From Bacilli bacterium (GTDB lineage: Bacteria; Bacillota_I; Bacilli_A; RF39; UBA660), in assembly GCA_017480975.1 (NCBI GenBank), contig JAFURK010000022.1:1-50440 (forward strand): a DNA stretch of 50,440 bases, given 5' to 3'. Below are positions 29,865 to 40,428 of this stretch, piece by piece (positions within the stretch are counted from its first letter, which is position 1; every line of letters begins with the position of its first letter). Made by a program: the position numbers and the translations under genes. The notes beneath the pieces were generated by a model that saw only the letters and a list, made by a program, of their open reading frames with translations, made no database searches and was not told the DNA's origin.

Positions 29865-30033
29865 TTTAGAGAAATAATAGGGGTTCTTATGAATATTATT
29901 TCTTTTTTTTCTATTAAGATAAAAGAATATTTAAGTATTTTAATCAAATAATTATTGAAAATGAAATTAGAATTAGAGTATTTTTTTTGAGGATAAATGG
30001 TAAAAATTTACATTACTTGTATTTGTTAGAAAA

Positions 30034-30087
30034 AGTATCACTTGATACTAAAATGGTGTTGACAAAGATAAATTGGTGATATACAAT
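30034..30087 (+). promoter_or_regulatory. sigA promoter with adjacent palindromic operator
   Basis: AGTATCA-CT-TGATACT at 30034-30049; TTGACA 30059-30064, 17-nt spacer, TACAAT 30082-30087. Confidence 0.7.
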
Positions 30088-30105
30088 GATTAAGAGGTTA
30101 GAGAT

Positions 30106-30903
30106 ATGGAGAAGATTATTACGAAAGTGGAAATTGAAGAAATATTAGAAAAGTATCAAATTGGTAAAAAACCATTGTCATTGGTGCTAGGATGGGGAGA
30201 AGTGACTATTATTCGCTATTTAGAAGGACAAGTACCTGATCAATTTCATTCAAAAATACTTATGGAGATAAAGAATAATTATTTAGAATTTGCTAGGTAT
30301 TTAGAAAAAAATAAGGATTTAATTACCCCTTTAGCTTATAAAAAAGCAATAAGTAAAATTATGGAATTAAAATTAGAAGAGGATAATTCGTTAATTTATT
30401 TAATTTCTAAACATATAATTGCTAAAATGGAAGATACTACTCCTTTGGCATTACAAAAAATTTTATATTATATTGAAGGTTTTTCTTTAGCGTTATTAGA
30501 TGAAAATATTTTATCATCGCATCCTGAAGCATGGGTACATGGTCCAGTTTATCCGGAGATTTATAATCGTTTTAGTTATTATAGTTATCATGTAATTGAC
30601 GCATATGAATTTGCTAATTATCGAGATTTAGAAGGATTAGACGAAGAAAAACGACAACTTATTGATGCTATTATTAAGTGTTTTGGTTGTTATAGTGGTA
30701 AAATATTAGAAGAAATGACTCATTTGACAAGACCATGGCAGAAGGCTAGAGAAGGATTAAATGATACTGATATTTCAAATATAAAAATATTAGAAAATGA
30801 TATGCAAACTTTTTTTAAGGAAATATGTTGTGAATATAAAATATCTTCAGTAAAAGATATTTCTAAATATAGCAAAAAGATGTTTCAAAGAGTAGTGAAG
30901 TAA
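30106..30903 (+). CDS. HTH plus DUF4065 (Panacea/SocA-like) antitoxin-domain protein
   Basis: MqsA-like HTH (LSLVLGWGEVTIIRYLEG); Panacea motifs TPLALQKILYY, EAWVHGPVYPEIY and LEEMTH...PW. Confidence 0.9.
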   Translation: MEKIITKVEIEEILEKYQIGKKPLSLVLGWGEVTIIRYLEGQVPDQFHSKILMEIKNNYLEFARYLEKNKDLITPLAYKKAISKIMELKLEEDNSLIYLISKHIIAKMEDTTPLALQKILYYIEGFSLALLDENILSSHPEAWVHGPVYPEIYNRFSYYSYHVIDAYEFANYRDLEGLDEEKRQLIDAIIKCFGCYSGKILEEMTHLTRPWQKAREGLNDTDISNIKILENDMQTFFKEICCEYKISSVKDISKYSKKMFQRVVK

Positions 30904-30918
30904 AGGATGATGAAGTAA

Positions 30919-33312
30919 ATGGGAGATTTAAAGTTTATAGAAAATTCGATAATTGTAGTTCCGACTGAATTAAAAAAAGATATTTTAAAGAATTTACGAG
31001 GACAGTCTTTAAATAATATTAAAGTTATTACTTTAGTGGAAATGCGTAAGAAATTTTATTTTGATTATGATAATCATGCGGTATATTATTTAATGAAGAA
31101 ATATGGCTATCAATATGATGTTGCTAAAATGTATTTATCACATCTCTATGAGGTTGAAGATAATTCTTTTGGAAGTTCTAAAATAAAAAAAATAATTGAT
31201 TTAAAGAACGAATTAAAAGACAATAAACTACTTATATATTTTCCTAATTTTATTGAATATTTAAAAACGAGGACAGTCATTTTTTATCATTGTGATTTAT
31301 TAGATAAACTAGATGAAAAGCTGATTGGTGATGTATCGAATATTTGTAAAGTAGAAATAATTAAAAATGAAGATAAAAATTATTTACCTAAATGTATTTA
31401 TGAATTTGACACGATTGAAGATGAGGTTGTTTATGTTGCTTCAGCTATTTGTAAATTAGTGGAGCAAGGAATATCATTTAATCAAATAAAATTATGTGGA
31501 GCGAGTGGTGAATATTTAAGTATTATTAAGAGAATATTCAATTGGTATCATATTCCGATTAGTTTTCAAGATAATTATTTATATTCAACTAAGATTGGAC
31601 AAGATTTTTTAAATCATTTAGATGATGATGGTGTTTTAGCTTTAAAATATATTGAAGAAAATTATTCTTTAAGTAATCCTAGGGTATTAGAAATTTATAA
31701 TAAAATTATTCAAATATTAAATAAATATGTTTGGAGTGAATCTTTTAGAAAGGTTAAAAGTTTTTTAGAGGAAGAATTTAAAAATACTTCTATTGGTATT
31801 GTTCATTATCAAGAAGAAATAGAAATTATTAATTCTTTATATAACGCTAAAGATAGTGATTATATTTTTCTTCTAGGTTTTAATCAAGGTGATATTCCTA
31901 AGACTTATAAGGATGAATCTTATTTTAATGATACTTTAAAAGAAAAATTAGGATTAGAGACAACTAATGAATTAAATCATAGAACATATTTGAAGTGGCT
32001 AAAAGGAATCAAAAATACTAAAAATTTAATTATTACAACGAAGTTGACTAGTTCATTAGGTGTCCATTACTTATCTAGTCTTAATGATGATTTAGGTTTG
32101 GAGATTGATAAACCAAAAATGGATTATAATTATTCAAATTTACATAATCAATTATTGCTAGGAGAAAAAATTGATACTTTTATAAAATATGGTGAAAAAG
32201 AAGAAAATTTAGAATTATTATATTCTAACTATCCAGAATTATGTTATAGAAGTTATAATAATGATTATAAAATGTTAAATGAAGATAAATTAAAAAGCTA
32301 TATGAAAAATAGATTGGTACTTTCTTATAGCGCGATGAATACATATTATCAATGCAGATTTAGATATTATTTATCTAATGTATTGAAACTAAATATTTTT
32401 GAAGAAACTTTTTATACTGTTTTAGGAAATTTATTTCATTATATTTTATCAATTGCATTAAAAAAAGAAATAAATTTAAAACAAGAATATCATAATTATT
32501 TATCTAAATGTAATTATTCTTTTAATAGTAGAGAAAAATTCTTTTTAAGTATTTTAGAAGAAGATTTAGAATTTATTATTGCAACAATTAAGAAACAGAA
32601 TGAAGTAAATTCTCTTGATAAAACATATTTTGAAGAAAAAATAGAAATAGATAAAAGTAGTAGTGATATGGAAATAATATTTAAAGGATTTATTGATAAA
32701 ATGATGACTAATGACAATGAAGATATTATTTCTATTATTGACTATAAAACTGGAAATCCAGATTTAAATTTAAATAATATAATTTATGGGTTAGATTTAC
32801 AATTACCAGTATATGTTTATTTAGCTAGAAATAAATTTCCTAATGCTAGAATAGCGGGATTTTATTTACAGAAAATTTTAAACAATGAAATAAGTAGAGA
32901 TAATAAACATACTTATGAGTCCTTAAAAGAAGATAAATTAAAGTTACAAGGTTATAGTAATTCGGATATTTCTATTTTAGAGAAGTTCGATGCTTCATAT
33001 TATGAGAGTAAAATGATTAAAGGAATGCGTACTACTTCTAAAGGGCTCGCTAGTAAAAAGGTATTAACTGATGAACAAATTGATAAATTAGAAAATATTA
33101 CGGAAAATAAGATAAATGAAGCAATAGATAATATTTTAAAGGGCCAATTTCAAATTAATCCAAAAAGAGTAGGGATGAATAATCTAGGGTGCAAGTATTG
33201 TAAATTTAAGGATATTTGTTTCTTGACTGAGGGAAATATAGAGAATTTAAAAGAATATAAAAATATGGAATTTTTAGGAGGGGACGAAAATGATACCGAA
33301 GAAGCCTGCTGA
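30919..33312 (+). CDS. addB: AddB-like subunit (PD-(D/E)XK nuclease with Fe-S cysteines)
   Basis: LSYS..YYQCRFRYY, GNLFH, KGFIDK, IIDYKTG, LQLPVY and CKYCKFKDIC; upstream of and overlapping addA. Confidence 0.82.
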   Translation: MGDLKFIENSIIVVPTELKKDILKNLRGQSLNNIKVITLVEMRKKFYFDYDNHAVYYLMKKYGYQYDVAKMYLSHLYEVEDNSFGSSKIKKIIDLKNELKDNKLLIYFPNFIEYLKTRTVIFYHCDLLDKLDEKLIGDVSNICKVEIIKNEDKNYLPKCIYEFDTIEDEVVYVASAICKLVEQGISFNQIKLCGASGEYLSIIKRIFNWYHIPISFQDNYLYSTKIGQDFLNHLDDDGVLALKYIEENYSLSNPRVLEIYNKIIQILNKYVWSESFRKVKSFLEEEFKNTSIGIVHYQEEIEIINSLYNAKDSDYIFLLGFNQGDIPKTYKDESYFNDTLKEKLGLETTNELNHRTYLKWLKGIKNTKNLIITTKLTSSLGVHYLSSLNDDLGLEIDKPKMDYNYSNLHNQLLLGEKIDTFIKYGEKEENLELLYSNYPELCYRSYNNDYKMLNEDKLKSYMKNRLVLSYSAMNTYYQCRFRYYLSNVLKLNIFEETFYTVLGNLFHYILSIALKKEINLKQEYHNYLSKCNYSFNSREKFFLSILEEDLEFIIATIKKQNEVNSLDKTYFEEKIEIDKSSSDMEIIFKGFIDKMMTNDNEDIISIIDYKTGNPDLNLNNIIYGLDLQLPVYVYLARNKFPNARIAGFYLQKILNNEISRDNKHTYESLKEDKLKLQGYSNSDISILEKFDASYYESKMIKGMRTTSKGLASKKVLTDEQIDKLENITENKINEAIDNILKGQFQINPKRVGMNNLGCKYCKFKDICFLTEGNIENLKEYKNMEFLGGDENDTEEAC

Positions 33313-36300
33313 TGTAACATGGACTGATGAACAATGGGAAGCTATATATGATGATAATAAAAATATTATTGTTTCAGCGGGAGCTGGTTCAGGAAAGACA
33401 GCTGTTTTAACCGAGCGAGTAATTCGTAAATTAAAAGATGGGGTAAATGTAAATGAATTATTGATTTTAACATTTACAAAAGCAGCCGCAGGAGAGATGG
33501 CTGATCGTATTAGAAAGAAAATCAAAAAAATTCCTGAATTAAAAGAACAATTAAATTTATTAGATTCTTCTTATATAACTACTTTTGATAGTTTTGCATT
33601 ATCAATAGTAAAAAGATATCATTATTTACTTAATGTTTCACCAAATATAGGAATTATAGATTCTAATGTGATAGAACTTAAAAAAAATGAAATAATGGAT
33701 GAATTATTTTTAGAGTACTATGAACAACAACATCTTTTGTTTTTAAAAATGATTAAAACTTTTTGTACTAAAGATGATACGGATATTAGAAATTATGTTT
33801 TAAATATTAGTAATAAATTAGATTTATTATCAAATAAAAAAGAATACTTAGAAGAATATCTTGATAAGCATTTTAATGAGGATAAAATAAAAAATGATAT
33901 AAAAATGTATGTTGATTTGATATTGGAACGTATTGCTGATATTAAGCGAAAGGTAGAAGAAATAGGTACTTATGATGGCGAGTTTTCAGCTAAATTAGAG
34001 GAAAGTATTAGCATCTTATATGAAGTCAAATCTTATAATGATTTAGTAGCGAGATTAAATTTAAAGTTACCAAATGCTCCTAGAGGTAGTGATGAAGGAT
34101 TAAAAAATTTAAAGAAGGAAATATCAGAAATTATCAAAGAAATTAAAGAACTTGCCGTTTATGAAAGTGAAGAAGAAATTTTAGATAGTATCAAATCTAC
34201 TTATCAGACAGTAAAAGTTATTGTTGAATTAATTTTAGAATTTACTGATCGAGTAATGAAATATAAGCAGGACAATAATAGCTATGAATTTAATGATATT
34301 GCCATTATGGCCATTAAAGTAGTTAGAGAGAATAAAGAAGTTCAAGAAGAACTTAAAAATTATTTTAAAGAAATAATGATCGATGAATATCAAGATACTA
34401 ATGATTTACAAGAAGAATTTATTGGGATGATTGCTAATCATAATGTTTATATGGTTGGAGATATTAAACAATCTATTTATCGCTTTAGAAATGCTAATCC
34501 ATATATATTTAAAGATAAATATGATACTTATAGCATTAGTAATACTGATAGAAAAATTGATTTAAATAAGAATTTTCGTTCGAGAGGAGAAGTTTTAGAT
34601 AATATAAATACTATTTTTACTTTAATTATGAATGATGATATCGGTGGGGCTGATTATTTAACTAGTCATCAAATGATATTTGGAAATAAGGCTTATTTAA
34701 AAGAAGATGTTGGTCATAGTAATGATATGGAAATATATCAATATGCTTATGATAAAGGGTTAGGTTTTACTAAAGAAGAAACAGAAGCTTTTATAATAGC
34801 TCAAGATATAGTCAAGAAAATGAAAGAAAATTATTTAGTATTTGATAAGGATAATGGTAATTTACGTCCAGCTGTATATGGGGATTTTTCTATTATTATG
34901 GATAGAGCTACATCGTTTGATTTATATAAAAAGATATTTAGTTATTTTAAGATTCCAATTACTTTATTAAAAGATGAAAAAATGAATGAAGAAGATGATA
35001 TTCATGTATTTAGTAATTTAGTTCATTTGATAGTAAAAATAAAGAAAAAAGAATTTGATACGGAATTTAAATATTTATTTACTAGTGTAATGAGAAGTTT
35101 CTTATTTCAAGTCGATGATAGTGTTATATTTGATTATTTTTATAATAATAATTTTGTTGAAAGTGATCTATATAAGGAATGTTTTGAAATTGCTCGTGAA
35201 ATAGATACAATGACTATTCATGAATTATTTGATGTAATAATTACAAAATTTAATTATTATGGGGCATATTTAAGAATAGGGAACATTCATAATGGTATCG
35301 TGAAGATATCGAAGTTAAGAGAGTTAAGTATTAATCTAGAAAATCTAGGATACGACATTGAAAAATTTTCTGATTATTTAGTTAAATTATTAGATGTCGG
35401 CTATAAGATGGAATATAAGGTTCCTGATAATGGTAGTGATGCTGTTAAAATAATGACTATTCACAAATCAAAGGGATTAGAATATCCAGTTTGTTATTTT
35501 AGTGGTTTGTATAAAGAATTTAATATTAGTGATTTAAAGGAAAGTTTTTTAGTTGATAAGGATTATGGAATAATAGTACCTTATTTTAAGGAGGGAATAT
35601 CTCAAACAATATATAAAGAGTTATTGCGTCAAAAATATTTACGTGAAGAAATTAGTGAAAAGATTAGATTATTTTATGTGGCTTTAACTAGAGCGAGAGA
35701 AAAAATGATTTTAATTAAACCAATTAATGATAAAGAGTATGATATATCAAATGTTACAGTATTGGATAATGCTGTTAAGAATAAATATCGAACACTTGCT
35801 GATATGTTAGATACGATAGAATTTAGAATTAATTCAAAATATAAAATGATTGATTTAGCCAGTGTTAATTTAACAAAAGATTATGCTATTGTTGGTCAAA
35901 GTAATTTTAAAGAAAAATTGAATAAAGTATCGGATAAAATAGACATACATGAATTAGATATAGTAAATGAAACGAAAGAACAATCAACTTTTTCTAAGAA
36001 TATGAATGAATTAATAAATAAAGATACATATTCTTCAATTAAGTTTGGTACGGAAATTCATGAATATTTAGAATTTATTGATTTTAAAAATCCTAATTTA
36101 GAGATAATTGCTAATGATTTTATTAAAAAGTTAATAAAGCAGTTTATTTCCCAGCCTATTATGAAGGATGTTGATAAGGCTACTATTTATCAAGAATATG
36201 AATTTATTTATGAAGATAAGGGAGTAGAGTATCATGGTGTAATTGATTTGATGTTAGAATATGATAATTATATTAATATAATTGATTATAAGTTAAAAAA

Positions 36301-36427
36301 TGTAGTTGATGATGCCTATAAGAAACAATTAAAAGGTTATCAAAAATTTATTCAATCTAAGACTAAAAAACAAGTTAATTTATATCTATATTCCATTTTG
36401 GATAATAGACTTGTTTCAATTAAATAG
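33290..36427 (+). CDS. addA: AddA-like UvrD helicase-nuclease
   Basis: SAGAGSGKT, TFTKAAA, IDEYQD, VGDIKQSIYRFR, MTIHKSKGLEY, YVALTRA and C-terminal GVIDL...IDYK. Confidence 0.92.
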   Translation: MIPKKPADVTWTDEQWEAIYDDNKNIIVSAGAGSGKTAVLTERVIRKLKDGVNVNELLILTFTKAAAGEMADRIRKKIKKIPELKEQLNLLDSSYITTFDSFALSIVKRYHYLLNVSPNIGIIDSNVIELKKNEIMDELFLEYYEQQHLLFLKMIKTFCTKDDTDIRNYVLNISNKLDLLSNKKEYLEEYLDKHFNEDKIKNDIKMYVDLILERIADIKRKVEEIGTYDGEFSAKLEESISILYEVKSYNDLVARLNLKLPNAPRGSDEGLKNLKKEISEIIKEIKELAVYESEEEILDSIKSTYQTVKVIVELILEFTDRVMKYKQDNNSYEFNDIAIMAIKVVRENKEVQEELKNYFKEIMIDEYQDTNDLQEEFIGMIANHNVYMVGDIKQSIYRFRNANPYIFKDKYDTYSISNTDRKIDLNKNFRSRGEVLDNINTIFTLIMNDDIGGADYLTSHQMIFGNKAYLKEDVGHSNDMEIYQYAYDKGLGFTKEETEAFIIAQDIVKKMKENYLVFDKDNGNLRPAVYGDFSIIMDRATSFDLYKKIFSYFKIPITLLKDEKMNEEDDIHVFSNLVHLIVKIKKKEFDTEFKYLFTSVMRSFLFQVDDSVIFDYFYNNNFVESDLYKECFEIAREIDTMTIHELFDVIITKFNYYGAYLRIGNIHNGIVKISKLRELSINLENLGYDIEKFSDYLVKLLDVGYKMEYKVPDNGSDAVKIMTIHKSKGLEYPVCYFSGLYKEFNISDLKESFLVDKDYGIIVPYFKEGISQTIYKELLRQKYLREEISEKIRLFYVALTRAREKMILIKPINDKEYDISNVTVLDNAVKNKYRTLADMLDTIEFRINSKYKMIDLASVNLTKDYAIVGQSNFKEKLNKVSDKIDIHELDIVNETKEQSTFSKNMNELINKDTYSSIKFGTEIHEYLEFIDFKNPNLEIIANDFIKKLIKQFISQPIMKDVDKATIYQEYEFIYEDKGVEYHGVIDLMLEYDNYINIIDYKLKNVVDDAYKKQLKGYQKFIQSKTKKQVNLYLYSILDNRLVSIK

Positions 36428-36560
36428 TAATGATGCTAATGTTCGTATTTTGTTTGTAAATTTTAATTTTTTTAGCTATTTTTTCAAAATACTATTAAAA
36501 TAATAAAATTTATAGTACAATTATTTTGGGTATTAAGACAATGCAATGAAAGGAGACTAT

Positions 36561-37466
36561 ATGTCTAATAATATTGTATTGGAATGTAATAATATTTGGA
36601 AAAAAATAGGACATCATGTTATTGTAAATGATGTGTCATTGCTGCTGCGCCAAGGAGATATTTTAGGGTTTATTGGTCCGAATGGTGCGGGAAAAACTAC
36701 CACGATTAAATTGATGTTGGGATTACAGTTTTTTAATGGTGGTAGTGTTAAAATAGGGGGATATGACTTAAGAAAAGATTTTGTTTCAGCAATTTCTAAT
36801 GTTGGAGCAATTATTGAAAATCCTGATTTATATATGTATATGAGTGGCTATGAAAATTTAAAGATATGTACTAAGTTATATGGATTGTCAGAGGATAGAA
36901 TTTTAGAAGTTGCTAAATTGGTTGGATTAGAAAATAGAATACATGATAAAGTAAAAAAATATTCTTTGGGTATGAGACAAAGATTAGGAATTGCCCAAGC
37001 TATTATTCATAGGCCTAAGGTATTAATTTTAGATGAACCTATGAATGGCTTAGATCCTGAGGGAATAAAGGATTTAAAAGTATTATTGGAAAAGTTGGCT
37101 TCAGAAGAAAATATGGCAATTTTAGTTTCTAGTCATATCTTAAGTGAACTTGAAAACTTTTGTAATAGGATATGTATTTTAGTAAAGGGAAAAATTGTTC
37201 AAGACTTAAAAATAGACGAAATAAAAGAAAAATTGGCAAATTTAAATTATATATTAGAGGTAAATAGAATAGATTTACATGAGATTTTATATCATTTTGA
37301 AGTTATTGATGAAAACCATATAAAGATAAATACGACAAAAGATAAGCTAGCTAATATATTGAAAACATTATTATTAAATGATGTTGATATTTATGAAATT
37401 AAAAAGGAAGTAAATTCTTTAGAAGATGTTTTTCTAAAAGTTACTAAGGATATTTCTAATGATTAA
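36561..37466 (+). CDS. ABC transporter ATP-binding protein (ABC-2/BcrA-like)
   Basis: GPNGAGKTT, YSLGMRQRLGIAQA, LDEPMNGLDP and SSHIL motifs. Confidence 0.93.
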   Translation: MSNNIVLECNNIWKKIGHHVIVNDVSLLLRQGDILGFIGPNGAGKTTTIKLMLGLQFFNGGSVKIGGYDLRKDFVSAISNVGAIIENPDLYMYMSGYENLKICTKLYGLSEDRILEVAKLVGLENRIHDKVKKYSLGMRQRLGIAQAIIHRPKVLILDEPMNGLDPEGIKDLKVLLEKLASEENMAILVSSHILSELENFCNRICILVKGKIVQDLKIDEIKEKLANLNYILEVNRIDLHEILYHFEVIDENHIKINTTKDKLANILKTLLLNDVDIYEIKKEVNSLEDVFLKVTKDISND

Positions 37467-38931
37467 GTTAGTTGTAGTAGAATTAAAGAAAATATTTAAG
37501 AAAAAAAGTATTTATGTTATATGGGGATTGATGTTTGGATTTTGTCTTTTAAATAATATTTTGTATTATAGGGATTATGATGATAATGGTAATTATAAGT
37601 ATTTGGAATTAGATAATTTAAAGGAAGAAAAGTTAAAGTTAGAAGAAGAATTGTTACAGTATAATAAAGATAATCAAAATGAAGTTACAATGTATATAAC
37701 GATTAAAACGAAGTTAGATATTTTAAAGTTGAAGGAAAATTTTTCAAATAGTAGTTGGCAGTATCATAAGGTTAATACCTATTTATATGATATTATTTAT
37801 CAAATTAATTATTATCAATATATTGAAAAGAATATTGATGAACTTACGAAGAAAAAAGAAGAATATCAGGTTGTATTAAATAAATTGAACGAAAATAATT
37901 ATAAGTATTTTTTGAATATGGAAATCAAAAAGAATGTTGATATTCAAAATGAGTTAAAGAAGCAATATTTAAATGAAAATGATGATAAAATAAAGTTAGA
38001 TTTACAGGAACAAATAAAAAACAATGAATTAACTTTAAAAATATTAAATTATCGTTTAAATAATGATATTAAGGAAGATAATAGTTATTTAAATCTCGCT
38101 TTAGAAAGTTATCAAGAAAATTATAAGACAGTTAAATACTTTGAAGAATTAGGTGATATTAAAAGCTATCAAGACAAATTTGATTATCAAGAAGCTCTTT
38201 CAGAAGTTAAAATTTCTCAATATATTGTTGAAAATAAATTGAATATTAATAAACAAAATAATTTAAGTTTTCAACTAAGAACGATTGTAGAAGATTATGA
38301 AATCTTTATTGTTATGTTAGTTTTAATAGTTAGTGGAGTGATTATTTGTGATGAGTTTCGTGATGGAACCATAAAATTACTCTTGATAAAACCTTATTCT
38401 CGAGGTAGAATATTATTGAGTAAGTATTTTACTTCTATCATTGTAGTTCTAATTAGTATATTATTGTTGATTGCTATGCAGTTAATTATTGGTGGAATCA
38501 TTTTTGGATTAGAAAGTTTGAATATTCCAGTGGTGGTTTATGACTTTGATAAGGCCAAATTAGTGGAATATTCAGTATTTCAATATATGATAATTAGAAT
38601 AGGTGCTAGGATGCCTTTCTTGCTAATGTTGATTACTATTTCAATATTTTTAGGTGTGATTTTTAGTAGTACGATAATTTCAATTACAATGCCTTTAATA
38701 TTTTATATGTTTAGCTCAACAATTTTAAATTTGGCTAGTCAATATAAATTAGAAATTATGAAATATTTAGTGAACTTTAATTGGAATTTACAAGATTACT
38801 TATTTGGAAGATTGCCTGCTAATTCATTTATAAATTTTAGATTTTCTATTATAATATTATTAGGATATTTTATAGTGTTATGGACTGTGACTTATATAAT
38901 TTTCAAGAAGAAAGATATTAAGAATATTTAG
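37459..38931 (+). CDS. ABC-2 type transporter permease with large extracellular domain
   Basis: EF..GTIKLLLIKPYSR..ILLSK motif, six TM helices, FKKKDIKN end. Confidence 0.88.
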   Translation: MIKLVVVELKKIFKKKSIYVIWGLMFGFCLLNNILYYRDYDDNGNYKYLELDNLKEEKLKLEEELLQYNKDNQNEVTMYITIKTKLDILKLKENFSNSSWQYHKVNTYLYDIIYQINYYQYIEKNIDELTKKKEEYQVVLNKLNENNYKYFLNMEIKKNVDIQNELKKQYLNENDDKIKLDLQEQIKNNELTLKILNYRLNNDIKEDNSYLNLALESYQENYKTVKYFEELGDIKSYQDKFDYQEALSEVKISQYIVENKLNINKQNNLSFQLRTIVEDYEIFIVMLVLIVSGVIICDEFRDGTIKLLLIKPYSRGRILLSKYFTSIIVVLISILLLIAMQLIIGGIIFGLESLNIPVVVYDFDKAKLVEYSVFQYMIIRIGARMPFLLMLITISIFLGVIFSSTIISITMPLIFYMFSSTILNLASQYKLEIMKYLVNFNWNLQDYLFGRLPANSFINFRFSIIILLGYFIVLWTVTYIIFKKKDIKNI

Positions 38932-38942
38932 GAGTTGGTAAG

Positions 38943-39572
38943 ATGGTGACAACAATAAAAAACATAATAACTAGTTATTTTTCTGATGTTTGGCCAATTA
39001 TAATTATTATTACAGTAATAGTAAGTTCACTTCGAATAGCATACTTAATTAAGAATAATCAAAAATTTTGTTTTTATAAAGAAGTATTTATGTTGTTATT
39101 TATTCTTTATGTAATGTGCTTATTTGAAGTAGTTACTTTACAAGATCATAATTATGGATTATCAAATTATATTCCATTTAAGGAGATATTTCGCTACGAA
39201 ATGGGGAGTTATTTATTCGTAAGAAATATAATTGGAAATATTTTATTGTTTTTACCTTATGGTTATTTTGCTGCTGATTATTTAAAAAGTAAAAAAGTAT
39301 TACCAGTTTGTTTTTTAACATTTTTAGTTACTATAACAATTGAACTTGTGCAACTAAATATAGGAAGAACTTTCGATATTGATGATGTAATTTTGAATAC
39401 TTTAGGTGGAATGTTAGGGTATTTTCTATATCGAGGAATTGAAAAAATTAAAGTTAAATTACCAAAATTTTTTAAAACCGATGGTTTCATTAACTTTTTT
39501 GTGATATTAATATTAATTATAAGTATAGTTTATTTATTTGATTGGCCGGTAATTGAATGGCTTAATTCATAG
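38943..39572 (+). CDS. VanZ family protein
   Basis: NYIPFKEI, NIIGNILLFLPYG, IELVQ and RTFDIDDVILNTLGG motifs. Confidence 0.92.
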   Translation: MVTTIKNIITSYFSDVWPIIIIITVIVSSLRIAYLIKNNQKFCFYKEVFMLLFILYVMCLFEVVTLQDHNYGLSNYIPFKEIFRYEMGSYLFVRNIIGNILLFLPYGYFAADYLKSKKVLPVCFLTFLVTITIELVQLNIGRTFDIDDVILNTLGGMLGYFLYRGIEKIKVKLPKFFKTDGFINFFVILILIISIVYLFDWPVIEWLNS

Positions 39573-39586
39573 GAGAAGGTGAAGTT

Positions 39587-40027
39587 ATGTTTGATATTAT
39601 TAATAATAGTAATCAAGATGTATCAGAGTTAGATATATTAGAAGAATATGTTAAATATGTTACAAAAAAATTAGAAATAGAGAAAGCTATTTTTAATATA
39701 ATTCTAGTTGATGAAGAAGAAATTCATAATCTAAATCGAGATTATCGAGGTGTTGATAAAAAAACAGATGTAATAACATTTGCTTTAGAAGATGGAGATG
39801 GCTTCAAAAATCCAGAGATAAGGATGCTGGGGGATATTTATTTATGTATTCCAGTAGCTTATGAACAAGCTGAAATCTATGGTCATTCTAAAATGAGAGA
39901 AGTTTGTTTTTTAGCAACTCATGGCATTTTACATTTGTTAGGGTATGATCATATGGTAGAGGAAGATGAAAAAATAATGTTTGCTCTACAGGAGGAGTTG
40001 TTAAGTAAATATGAAATTACTAGGTAG
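39587..40027 (+). CDS. ybeY: rRNA maturation RNase YbeY
   Basis: LNRDYRG.DK.TDVITF, LGDI and HGILHLLGYDH motifs. Confidence 0.96.
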   Translation: MFDIINNSNQDVSELDILEEYVKYVTKKLEIEKAIFNIILVDEEEIHNLNRDYRGVDKKTDVITFALEDGDGFKNPEIRMLGDIYLCIPVAYEQAEIYGHSKMREVCFLATHGILHLLGYDHMVEEDEKIMFALQEELLSKYEITR

Positions 40028-40427
40028 ACTAAAAATTAGAAAAATATTAAAAAGACAAGGAAAATCTGGTTTTTTTGAAAGTGTTGGACATGCCTTAGAT
40101 GGTATTAATTATACTGCTGAACGCGAAAGAAATTTTAGAATTGAAATATTTGTTGCTATTATGGTTACTATTGCAAGCTTTATTTTAAAAGTTAGTTTAA
40201 TGGAATGGTGTATTTTAGTTCTTGTTATGGGAATGATATTAGCTTTAGAAATGGTAAATACAGCGATGGAAAGATGTGTCGATTTAGTTACTAAAGATTA
40301 TAAAGAATTAGCTAAGGCCGCCAAAGATGTTTCGGCTGGAGCGGTATTTATGATGAGTATGTTTTCAGTTATCATAGGTATTATAATTTTTTTGCCAAAG
40401 ATATTAGAAATGTTAGGAGGAAGATAG
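40011..40427 (+). CDS. dgkA: Diacylglycerol/undecaprenol kinase
   Basis: ERNFR, EMVNTAMERCVD and AKDVSAGAV motifs; conserved ybeY-dgkA-cdd-era order. Confidence 0.93.
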   Translation: MKLLGRLKIRKILKRQGKSGFFESVGHALDGINYTAERERNFRIEIFVAIMVTIASFILKVSLMEWCILVLVMGMILALEMVNTAMERCVDLVTKDYKELAKAAKDVSAGAVFMMSMFSVIIGIIIFLPKILEMLGGR

Positions 40428-40428
40428 T

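Noticed and set aside
29865-30105. Small toxin ORF upstream of the Panacea gene
   Set aside because: The region contains a terminator, T/A runs and the promoter. I found no ORF with an RBS, though a very short peptide cannot be excluded.
30919-36427. Helicase-nuclease pair as a novel defence system (Cas4/UvrD type)
   Set aside because: Gene order, overlap, Fe-S cysteines and the C-terminal nuclease of the helicase all fit a compact housekeeping AddAB.
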